A stretch of DNA of 19,764 nucleotides from Candidatus Bathyarchaeia archaeon (GCA_050012255.1 JBEKHN010000026.1:1-19764), one strand, 5' to 3'; counted from the stretch's first letter, positions 1-7,654 are shown. Translations and numbers: made by a program. The notes: generated by a model from the letters alone, not told the origin.

Positions 1-2
1 TA

Positions 3-470
3 GAGTGCTTTGACATTTCCAACTTGGGGCAGGAGCACGTGGTTTCAGGCATGGTCAACTTCAGGGACGCGAAGCCTGACAAGAGCAACTATCGTAAATT
101 CAAAATCAAAACTTTTGAGGGGCAAGACGATTTCGCTGCCGTCAACGAGGTCGTCACGAGAAGGTACAGGCGTTTGATAGAAGAAAAAAGCCAACTGCCC
201 GATTTAGTGGTTGTTGATGGGGGACCAGGGCAGGTTAGCGCTGCCAAAGCGGCTTTGCAATCGCTTGGGCTTCAGCTTCCGCTTATTGGTTTAGCTAAGG
301 AGCATGAGGAAATTTATTTGCCTGATGAGTCTGCGCCTAGAAATTTTGATAAGAATAGTAGGATGATGCTTCTTTTGCGAAGGGTTCGTGATGCCGCTCA
401 TGAGTTTTCGCTGGGTTATAACCGAAAGAGAAGACAGATGAAAATCAAGGAAGAGTTTAAATCAGGTTAA
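3..470 (+). CDS. uvrC: Excinuclease ABC subunit C, 3' part (5'-truncated by window edge)
   Basis: Frame is open from base 3: ECFDISN...VSGMV, then YRKFKIK, DDFAAVNEVVTRRY, PDLVVVDGGPGQ, IGLAKEHEE, RVRDAAHEF. These are motifs of the UvrC RNase H-like endonuclease domain. Confidence 0.95.
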   Translation, partial: ECFDISNLGQEHVVSGMVNFRDAKPDKSNYRKFKIKTFEGQDDFAAVNEVVTRRYRRLIEEKSQLPDLVVVDGGPGQVSAAKAALQSLGLQLPLIGLAKEHEEIYLPDESAPRNFDKNSRMMLLLRRVRDAAHEFSLGYNRKRRQMKIKEEFKSG

Positions 471-564
471 CTTGCCAATATGATTAAGTCGAAAAAGAGT
501 TGTTTTCTATAAATCGCAAATAAGCTGCCGGCAAAATTTTACAACCAGATAGTGTGACGATTAA

Positions 565-594
565 GTGGCGGGCCCGTATAGGTTTGAACCCGCG
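565..594 (-). repeat. Degenerate copy of the tRNA-Lys 3' end (att-like direct repeat)
   Basis: GTGGCGGGCCCGtataGgtTTGAACCCGCG matches 17687-17716 (GTGGCGGGCCCGacggGaaTTGAACCCGCG) at 24/30 positions, ungapped and in the same orientation. Confidence 0.8.
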
Positions 595-731
595 TTTGAA
601 CCCTCGGGTTTGTGATACACGTAAAATCCTAGGTTGATGATGAGCTATTCATCTTTGTACCCGTGCTCAAATCGTGCAGCTTAGCAATCAGGACTACTTG
701 AAAGCGAGTCGGACCGGACTTAACCCCAAAC

Positions 732-934
732 CAGACTGTGTAAAAACTTGGAATAAGAATTGACCTATTTGGCATTCAAGCCTCTGTCTAGCGCTCAGTT
801 GCTGTTTGCTTGCTTTTATCAAACTTTGACCAAAGCCATCAGCATGCCAACGCCAAGTATGTTGATAGCCCTTCTCATATTGTAAGCCAGCATGGTAAAT
901 CCGATTTCTCCCTTAACCTTCCAAAACCTCGCGG
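732..934 (-). mobile_element. IS1182-family remnant: transposase C-terminus plus right terminal inverted repeat
   Basis: Minus strand encodes RGF-(1-nt frameshift)-KVKGEIGFTMLAYNMRRAINILGVGMLMALVKV* (stop at 819), the typical IS1182 transposase C-terminal signature. CAGACTGTGTAAAAAC at 732-747 resembles IS1182-type terminal repeats. Confidence 0.7.
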
Positions 935-1345
935 GAGGTCTTGGCACGAATGGGGTCAGCGTAGGATACTGGGCAAGCGGCACAGTAACCTCAGTACACG
1001 GTACCCAAACAAGCGGTGTCGGGGTGCATGCAACTTGGAATCCCGGCGACATACTAGAGCGAAGCGCAGATACAACAACTGGTTCTGGAGGCTCTTTCAA
1101 TGCCCAGACATACGTTGGACTTTCAATTCCCGTTACTTGGGATTTTTCCATGCACCTTCACTGGCACTTTCACAAGCATTCGAACTCAAGAGAAGAAGGT
1201 TTCAGACAAACAGGTTTTTGGATAATGGATTGTTAGCAGTAATTCAGATTCTGTCTTCATATTAATTATATACAACAAGCTGAGAAATAGTCGCTCAGAA
1301 AGTGACTAGCAATGCAGAAATATCTAAAACTGTGGGGACTAATAG

Positions 1346-1726
1346 GTGTTGAACAGCACTAGTCTTATCTGTGGGACAGCGTTTGAAGAAAATATACTGC
1401 CTGAAGAGCAAATTATCGAGAAACACGTTAAGACTTTTTTGGACATAATAATTTTGGCCATGCTGAACGGCAAAGTCACGTACGGCTACAAAATTATCGC
1501 GGTAATTCACACAGAATTCGGAATTCTACTCAGCCCAGCTTCACTCTACCCTCTTCTCCACTTCTTAGAACAGAATAAACTGGTAGAGTCAATCTTTGAC
1601 CAAGGAAAAACAATGTACCGCTTGACCTCAAAAGGAAAAGACACACTCGAAAGAAAACTCGCCTTGTACAACTTGTCTATCCAAATAATGAGTAACTTCA
1701 TGAAAGTCCACGGAAAAATCTGGTAG
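1346..1726 (+). CDS. PadR-family winged-helix transcriptional regulator (GvpE-like subfamily)
   Basis: LDIIILAML...YGYKII...LLSPASLYPLLHFLEQNKLV...YRLTSKGK is a PadR signature. Visibly similar to the C-terminal domain of 8773..9603. Confidence 0.88.
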   Translation: MLNSTSLICGTAFEENILPEEQIIEKHVKTFLDIIILAMLNGKVTYGYKIIAVIHTEFGILLSPASLYPLLHFLEQNKLVESIFDQGKTMYRLTSKGKDTLERKLALYNLSIQIMSNFMKVHGKIW

Positions 1727-1776
1727 CCAACCGCAGGCTATTCAGAAAAACGTTCCACTAGATGGAAACATAACTC

Positions 1777-2349
1777 TCATGCGACAACAAATTCCCTTAT
1801 TTTTCCTTCAAGCGTTCTTATAAGCGCACCCATTTCTTCGGTGTGAAGCAGCACAAACTCACTATTCGACTGACCATTTTCAAGTGAAAGCAGAAGAGTT
1901 TCCCCTTTCTCCTTCAGATACTCCTTTTTGTCAATGGATAAACTTTTTATTCGGTCTAGAGTTGTTTCAAACAAAATCTCAGCGGGTTTTTTCCGGAACA
2001 AGAAGAGCCTTTTATTTGTGACATAAAGATACCCGGGTCTCCAGACGCCGGGAAGAGACGAATCACGATAATAATGTGAACCAAAGGTCTTGAAGATGAT
2101 TTTTTCGTTCTCACTTAATGGGGCTTCTTCCCAGCTGTCTGCGAGGACGGATTTTCTGATTTTTTCGTCCCACGCTTCCATCATGCCGTAATCCACCATG
2201 GTTGTTATGCCGGCGATTGCAGCTTTCAAGTTAACACCAATCAAAGGCACGCCAGAAACTGAGATGATGAGATCTGCGTGGAGAATTACGCCTTTGGCTA
2301 AGATTCTGTCAACAAGGTCTACGAGTGCACCATCTCTTGAAGGTTCCAA
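1777..2349 (-). CDS. gvpM: Gas vesicle protein GvpM (GvpA/J/M family) fused to a C-terminal GRAM/PH-like domain
   Basis: N-terminal (M)EPSRDGALVDLVDRILAKGVILHADLIISVSGVPLIGVNLKAAIAGITTMVDYGMMEAWD closely follows haloarchaeal GvpM. C-terminal LSENEKII...PGYLYVTNKRLFLF is GRAM/PH-like. TTG start at 2349, just after the dnaK stop, preferred to 2367. Confidence 0.85.
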   Translation of the reverse strand: MEPSRDGALVDLVDRILAKGVILHADLIISVSGVPLIGVNLKAAIAGITTMVDYGMMEAWDEKIRKSVLADSWEEAPLSENEKIIFKTFGSHYYRDSSLPGVWRPGYLYVTNKRLFLFRKKPAEILFETTLDRIKSLSIDKKEYLKEKGETLLLSLENGQSNSEFVLLHTEEMGALIRTLEGKIREFVVA

Positions 2350-2351
2350 AC

Positions 2352-4277
2352 TTACCCTTCTCCACAATCGGCCTCTAGCAGGATTGCCATCTCTTTCAGT
2401 TTAATTATCTCTGCGTTAACGTGCGAGTACGGCGTGTCTTCCAGCCTTTTGAGTGCTTTCCTAATCTTCCTTTTCTCTTCGCTGGACAATCTATCACCTA
2501 GTTTTCGCTCCACTGAAGACAGCAAAGCCTCAGCTTGACCCACCTTTTTCAATTTCACTTTCACGCCCGCAATAAGTTCACGCAACTCATCCGTACATTC
2601 TTTGACTCCCTGATGTTTGGAGCTATCCAGTGCTACCTTTAGCCTCGCTGAAGCTTCTTCAAGGGATCTTTTTTCTCGTTCAGAGATTTTTCCACTTGCT
2701 TCTCCTATTAATTTCTGCGTTGCATAGATCACAGCTGCTGCTCGGTTGCGCGTTTCAACAGCCTCTTTCCCCTTTTCATCTGCCTCATCGAACTTGGTTG
2801 CTTCTATAATCATCTTTGTAATTGCTTCCTCTGACAGACTTTTTGTCTCTGCAATATCGATAGCTGCTTTTTGCCCTGTTTCCAAAATCTCGGCTGATAC
2901 AGTTAATATGCCGTTGGTATCTATCTTGAAGGTAACTTCAACTTTTTGCTCGTATTTGGGCGCTTGAGGAATGCTGTCTAACTTGAACAAGCCCACGGAC
3001 ATGTTATCCTTTGCCATCTCCCTCTCACCTTGCAGAACATGGATCATCATCGAAGTCTGGCCGTCTTCTTCGGTTGCAAATATCATGTTTTCCTCAGCGG
3101 GAATGGTAGTATTCCGTTTGATTAACCGAGTGAATAGTCCGCCTGACGTTTCCACGCCTAAGGATAAGGGAGTAACGTCTAGAAGCAGCATGTTTCTTAT
3201 TTCGCCGTTCAGAACACTGGCTTGGACGCTGGCGCCTGTAGCAACTATGCCCATTGGGTCTATGCCAAGTTCAGGTTCCACTTCAAAAAAGCTTCCGAAA
3301 TACTTTCTCACGATGGGTATCCTGGTTGGTCCACCCACCAAGATGAGCTTGTCTATGTCCCGAATGCTACGTTTTGAATCTCTCAGCGCCTGTTCCACCG
3401 GACCTTGCAGCCTGTCAAGCTGGGGTTTGATGAGTGCTTCAAGCTTTTCCCGGGTTAAAGTTAGGTTCGGGTTTAGTTTGTAACCGTCAAAGTCAAACGC
3501 GACGTCTACGGTTGTTAGAAGTTCACTCGAAAGGCGAATCTTTGCCATTTCCCCAGCGTCTCTGAGAATGTTCAAGTTTTTGCGGTCATTTTTCAGGTTA
3601 ACGCCATGTTTTTCCTCAATTTCGTTAACGAGATAATCTAGAATAGCATCGTCCATGTCTTTGCCGCCCAGACGAATGTCTCCGCTGGTGGAAATCACTT
3701 GGAAAACGCTGTTGTTCATCTGCAAAATGGTTACGTCGAAGGTTCCAGCGCCTAAATCCAGCACTGCTATGTTCAGGTTTTTTTCAGTCTTGTCCAGCCC
3801 GTAGGCTAATGAAGCCGCTGTGGGTTCGCTGACGATTCTTAAGACTTCAAGACCTGCTAACTCACCCGCCTCTTTTGTGGCGTTTCTCTGGTTATTGTTG
3901 AAGTAGGCTGGCGCTGAAATTACTGCTTTGTCTATCTTTTCGCCCAGGTACGTTTCCGCGTCCTTTTTCATCTTCTTAATTATCAGAGCAGATATCTCTT
4001 GAGGCGTGTATGCGTAGCCGTCTATTTTCACTGTATAATCTGTTCCCATTTTTCTTTTGATCCATCTTATCGTTCTCTCTGGATGAGTGTAAGCGTAGTT
4101 CTTTGCGTTCTTGCCTACGATTATTTCGCCGTCTTCTTTGAATGCAACTATGGACGGGAACATTTTTCCGTAAGATGTTGATCCTTCAGAAGCTGGAACA
4201 AGCCTTATTTTTCCATCCTTCATCAAAGCGGCAGCCGAGTTGGATGTTCCAAGATCAATTCCTATAGTTCGACTCAT
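2352..4277 (-). CDS. dnaK: Hsp70/DnaK-family chaperone (divergent paralog embedded in the gvp operon)
   Basis: GIDLGTSNS, PAYFN, EPTAA, DLGAGTFD, LGGKDMD, LVGGPTRIP, LLLDVTPLSLG linker, VLQGER; 641 aa. Confidence 0.95.
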   Translation of the reverse strand: MSRTIGIDLGTSNSAAALMKDGKIRLVPASEGSTSYGKMFPSIVAFKEDGEIIVGKNAKNYAYTHPERTIRWIKRKMGTDYTVKIDGYAYTPQEISALIIKKMKKDAETYLGEKIDKAVISAPAYFNNNQRNATKEAGELAGLEVLRIVSEPTAASLAYGLDKTEKNLNIAVLDLGAGTFDVTILQMNNSVFQVISTSGDIRLGGKDMDDAILDYLVNEIEEKHGVNLKNDRKNLNILRDAGEMAKIRLSSELLTTVDVAFDFDGYKLNPNLTLTREKLEALIKPQLDRLQGPVEQALRDSKRSIRDIDKLILVGGPTRIPIVRKYFGSFFEVEPELGIDPMGIVATGASVQASVLNGEIRNMLLLDVTPLSLGVETSGGLFTRLIKRNTTIPAEENMIFATEEDGQTSMMIHVLQGEREMAKDNMSVGLFKLDSIPQAPKYEQKVEVTFKIDTNGILTVSAEILETGQKAAIDIAETKSLSEEAITKMIIEATKFDEADEKGKEAVETRNRAAAVIYATQKLIGEASGKISEREKRSLEEASARLKVALDSSKHQGVKECTDELRELIAGVKVKLKKVGQAEALLSSVERKLGDRLSSEEKRKIRKALKRLEDTPYSHVNAEIIKLKEMAILLEADCGEG

Positions 4278-4301
4278 GGCAATCCCCGATTGATGGCTGT
4301 C

Positions 4302-5282
4302 CTATCGGTCTTTTTCCTCTACCAGGATGGTTTCTTCGACTTCTGTTTTTCGAAGAGAGCAGAGATAATGTTCGCAGTACTTTATCAACAGGTCGTACGC
4401 GTTTTTTATTCTCTTAAACTTCTCCTCTGCGGTAAGGTCATCGGGGTTAATGTCAGGATGGTACAGGCACACAAGACGATTATAAGCGGAGTTGATTTCT
4501 GAAATGCTTACCTCACAGCTCAGCCCCAAAGTTTTTCTTGCATCTTCCACAGCGTTAAAATCTATTCTTTTCACGCCCAGCCTAGTGAAATCGTATGGTG
4601 GCAAAGGACCGACAGCGAGAAACTTCAGTTTACGCGCGTATTTTTTCTCCAACTCATCTAGTTTACCGTAGAATTCATGTTCTCGGTTTTTTTCAACAAG
4701 AAAAGCGGCGTTCAATAGTGTGTCTTGATCAGGTATCTTGTTTTCTTCCGAATCGCATGAGAGACTTTTTAGCAAACTGTTTATTTCGGTTATGTATTCG
4801 TTTTTCTTTTCGTCTAATGCTGATTTAACTTTTCTTCCCAGCTCAATCCTGAGGGATTGGTCAGCATTTTCCTTCGCTTTGAGGGTTAATTTACGTATTT
4901 CGACGTTTTCATTCAAGATACTTGCGAGAACGTCTTTATCCCACGAGATCTTGACATTAATCTGAAGTTTATTTTCAATTTTTTCCAAGGTCTTCTTGAG
5001 TTTCATTCGAGCCCGTTTTAGAATGTTTCTTATTTCTTCTTCGTCTTTTGCAACTATGCCGAAGCTCATGGGAATTACTGCGCGAGGCTGCATGATTTTC
5101 CGCAATGCTTCATCGTGAATTTTGACTTCTTCCATTCCGATCTTGCAGTTTTCGAAAACGTCGCTTACGACTGCACCGACGTCCTCAAACTGAACACTGT
5201 ATATTTCGCCGTTGCCTACCCCAATGTTGCCGAAGCTTTTTTTGTTCTCCGAGTTTATGATGCCATAAAGGTATTTTCCCAT
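4302..5282 (-). CDS. GvpF/GvpL-family gas vesicle protein fused to a C-terminal J-domain (HPD)
   Basis: GKYLYGII, VIPMSFG, LLNAAFLV, GPLPPYDF mark the GvpF/L domain. It is followed by ARKTLGL...EINSAYNRLVCLYHPDINP...AEEKFKRIKNAYDLL, a J-domain with HPD at 4452-4460. ATG at 5282 has an AGGTGA RBS overlapping the upstream stop, so it is preferred to 5318. Confidence 0.92.
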   Translation of the reverse strand: MGKYLYGIINSENKKSFGNIGVGNGEIYSVQFEDVGAVVSDVFENCKIGMEEVKIHDEALRKIMQPRAVIPMSFGIVAKDEEEIRNILKRARMKLKKTLEKIENKLQINVKISWDKDVLASILNENVEIRKLTLKAKENADQSLRIELGRKVKSALDEKKNEYITEINSLLKSLSCDSEENKIPDQDTLLNAAFLVEKNREHEFYGKLDELEKKYARKLKFLAVGPLPPYDFTRLGVKRIDFNAVEDARKTLGLSCEVSISEINSAYNRLVCLYHPDINPDDLTAEEKFKRIKNAYDLLIKYCEHYLCSLRKTEVEETILVEEKDR

Positions 5283-5289
5283 TTTGTTT

Positions 5290-6099
5290 TCACCTGCTTC
5301 CCTCGATTTTTGACTCATTTATCTGCCCAACAAAAGAGTATGGAGGCCAAGGACCCGTGAACCTAACTGCAAAACCTTCATTCTTGAGTGCGCCTAGCAT
5401 GTTTCCCAAGTTTTCAACCTTGTCTTTGTGCGCAAGGCAGGCTACGTTTAGAATCATTTGTTTGCCTTTCCATTTTTCAGGAACTTCCTTACTTGTTGAA
5501 CCAATCTTTACGTCGTTAACAAGCTTCTCGATTTGGGTGTACAGATCCTTCGCATATTTATCTATGGCAAGCTGTTTTTCGAGTTGTCTTCCGTGTTCTA
5601 ACTTTTTCTTAAGTAGGTAAGATGCTCCGCTGCTTGTTGTTTCCAACTTCTTTTTGAGGTCCTGAAATTCTTGGCTGTTGTCCAGGAGTCGGTCGACAAA
5701 ATCGTTTTCGAGGAAAATTTGAACGCCATATTCGGCTTTGCCTTCAAGTCTTGTTGACAAATCTTTAAGTTGCTGGTACTCTTCACTGAGCCATTTCTTG
5801 AGACTTTCATTATCTCCCTTGAGAATTGTGTCAAAGGTTAGAGGGATCACTGTTCCGAATTCTTCTGTAGCCAAGTCAACTACGTATTGATGCGCCAAAA
5901 GCCATTTTCCCGCTTTTTCCTTGGTTGCCGTTTCATAGGGCTTCGCCTCGCAACGGTGAACCACTGCGCCTATATCGTTGAATGCAACAATGTAGACTGA
6001 GCTGTCTTCGACTCCTATTTTTCCAAAGTCTTTTTCGTTTCCGCTACTGACTATGCAGTAGAGGTATCTTCCCTCTTCAGAATTGTTTTCCAGAGACAT
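5290..6099 (-). CDS. gvpL: Gas vesicle protein GvpL (GvpF/L family)
   Basis: EGRYLYCIV, WLLAHQYVVD, FGTVIPLTFDTIL, VRFTGPWPPYSF. Lies directly after gvpK, as in haloarchaea. Confidence 0.9.
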   Translation of the reverse strand: MSLENNSEEGRYLYCIVSSGNEKDFGKIGVEDSSVYIVAFNDIGAVVHRCEAKPYETATKEKAGKWLLAHQYVVDLATEEFGTVIPLTFDTILKGDNESLKKWLSEEYQQLKDLSTRLEGKAEYGVQIFLENDFVDRLLDNSQEFQDLKKKLETTSSGASYLLKKKLEHGRQLEKQLAIDKYAKDLYTQIEKLVNDVKIGSTSKEVPEKWKGKQMILNVACLAHKDKVENLGNMLGALKNEGFAVRFTGPWPPYSFVGQINESKIEGSR

Positions 6100-6415
6100 C
6101 TTGATTCACCTTTTCTTGTTTCCATCTTTCTGGGTTAGCCATTACATCGATGGTTTCTTCGACCAACTTGTCAAGGTCAGAGCGTATAGATTTGACAATT
6201 TTTTCGATGCCGTTCTCCACTTTGATGTGTTCAAGTGCGGCCTCAAGTTCCATTAGCCCCTGCCCTAACCTTTCAATTTCGTTCTCGTTCAATCTGCCTG
6301 ATTCCATTCTTCGTATTGCTTCTCTTTCAAGAACGTCTTGTATGACCTCTACTAACGCGACAATTACGCCTAGAAGACCAGATTTTAAGTTGTCTTCATC
6401 AATTTGTACCGGCAT
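6077..6415 (-). CDS. gvpK: Gas vesicle protein GvpK
   Basis: GLLGVIVALVEVIQDVLEREAIRRMESGRLNENEIERLGQGLMELE is the GvpK signature. Confidence 0.93.
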   Translation of the reverse strand: MPVQIDEDNLKSGLLGVIVALVEVIQDVLEREAIRRMESGRLNENEIERLGQGLMELEAALEHIKVENGIEKIVKSIRSDLDKLVEETIDVMANPERWKQEKVNQDVSGKQF

Positions 6416-6421
6416 GCTTCA

Positions 6422-6940
6422 TTAGCCCACCTTGCTAAGTTTAATTTCCAGAACGCCGTTGTTTAGAGTTACATCAGCCTTCTTTTCAACATTACAGAAG
6501 AGAGGCACTTCTTTGTAGTACTCTTTCCCAGATATTACCAGAAGAGAGCCGTTTACTTTGACTTCGGCGTTTTTTTCTTGAGGAGGCAGAGCCACTACGA
6601 TTCTTAGAATGCCTTTTTCATCCATAACGTCCACGAAGTCATCGTGTGCGCTGTCCGTCAATTCTTCGTTTATCCACCAGTTGAAAACAATTTTTTCGCC
6701 AGTCAAAGGATCGATTTTGCTTTGTTCAAACTTGATAGCAGGTTTTCCTGTGATTTCTTGGGCTTTTGGGTTTATGATTTCTCTGATTCTCATTAGCACT
6801 TCCATGTCAGAAGAAGCGCAAATCAGATCTGTTAGCTCTTTGATTCTGGCATGTCTTTCTCTTGCGAGATAGGTTACGATTTGCTTGCTCTTCTCATCTA
6901 CTCCCTTGACGAGTGTTTCAACCTTTTCCAATGCGCTCAA
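6422..6940 (-). CDS. Putative HTH domain plus Hsp20/alpha-crystallin-like (GvpH-like) protein
   Basis: C-terminal VDVMDEKGILRIVVALP...YYKEVPL...LNNGVLEIKLSK is Hsp20-like. N-terminal SKQIVTYLARERHARIKELTDLI looks like a winged HTH. TTG at 6940 has a GGAGGT RBS and overlaps the gvpJ stop (TTGA). Confidence 0.75.
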   Translation of the reverse strand: MSALEKVETLVKGVDEKSKQIVTYLARERHARIKELTDLICASSDMEVLMRIREIINPKAQEITGKPAIKFEQSKIDPLTGEKIVFNWWINEELTDSAHDDFVDVMDEKGILRIVVALPPQEKNAEVKVNGSLLVISGKEYYKEVPLFCNVEKKADVTLNNGVLEIKLSKVG

Positions 6941-7323
6941 CTGCGAACCTCCACTTTCACTCCAATTTTTGGAGTGTTTTTCTTCTTGGCTTTTGCACTT
7001 TCCCAACCACACCACGGGCAGGCAGAATCCAGCAGTTCTTCTCTGTCAACTTGTTTGCCACATTGAGGGCAATCCTCTTTGTCTATCATGGCGTTTTTCC
7101 AAGCCGTTGTTTCCAAGTTGGTTCCAGACGGAAACTCAAGCCCGTATTTTGCGGCTGTCTCAAAAGAAGCAAGGGCAGCTCGTATTTTTATTCCAAGTAA
7201 CTCTACTCCCGCAACGCTGATGGCGATGTCAGCATTAATCACTAAACCTTTGTCCAAGATTCTATCTATGGCATCCGCCAAGCCAGAAGATTCTTTTTCA
7301 GGGTTTAACGTTCTGTTTTCCAT
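6937..7323 (-). CDS. gvpJ: Gas vesicle protein GvpJ with a C-terminal CxxC...CxxC zinc ribbon
   Basis: LADAIDRILDKGLVINADIAISVAGVELLGIKIRAALASFETAAKYGLEFPSGT is GvpJ, followed by CPQCG...CPWCG. ATG at 7323 has an AGGTGA RBS. Confidence 0.92.
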   Translation of the reverse strand: MENRTLNPEKESSGLADAIDRILDKGLVINADIAISVAGVELLGIKIRAALASFETAAKYGLEFPSGTNLETTAWKNAMIDKEDCPQCGKQVDREELLDSACPWCGWESAKAKKKNTPKIGVKVEVRS

Positions 7324-7327
7324 AGTT

Positions 7328-7654
7328 TCACCTTTCACTCTGTCTATAACTGAATCCACACCAAGGGCAGCCTTCGCTGAGCTCCGTGTAAGTGGATTCC
7401 ATGCCGCAAGCCGGACATGACCGCTTCGTTACTAAATCTCGCCACGATTGCGTGTTGAGGTTGGTGTTTTCAGGAAAAATCAAGCCTATTTTTTGAGCCG
7501 TTTCGAAAGATGCCAGGGTAATACGCGCTTTTGCTCCCAGAAGTTCGATGCCGCTAAGGTTAACTTTGGTGTTCGCATCAATTGTGACTCCCTTGTCAAG
7601 AATTATGTCTAAGAGTCTGCTTAAGCCCGCTTCTTCCGGTTTCAACGTCACCAT
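7328..7654 (-). CDS. gvpJ: Second, more divergent GvpJ paralog with a C-terminal zinc ribbon
   Basis: LSRLLDIILDKGVTID...IELLGAKARITLASFETAQKIGLIFP, then CPACG...CPWCG. GGAGGT RBS. Confidence 0.85.
   Translation of the reverse strand: MVTLKPEEAGLSRLLDIILDKGVTIDANTKVNLSGIELLGAKARITLASFETAQKIGLIFPENTNLNTQSWRDLVTKRSCPACGMESTYTELSEGCPWCGFSYRQSER

Noticed and set aside
565-610. Possible second functional tRNA gene
   Set aside because: Only the acceptor 3' strand and T-loop are present. The T-stem cannot pair and there is no D or anticodon arm.
810-1265. 151-aa plus-strand ORF, and the full-length 110-aa minus-strand ORF 819..1151
   Set aside because: Both cross the junction between the IS remnant and unrelated sequence. 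Only the last ~33 codons of the minus ORF resemble a transposase.
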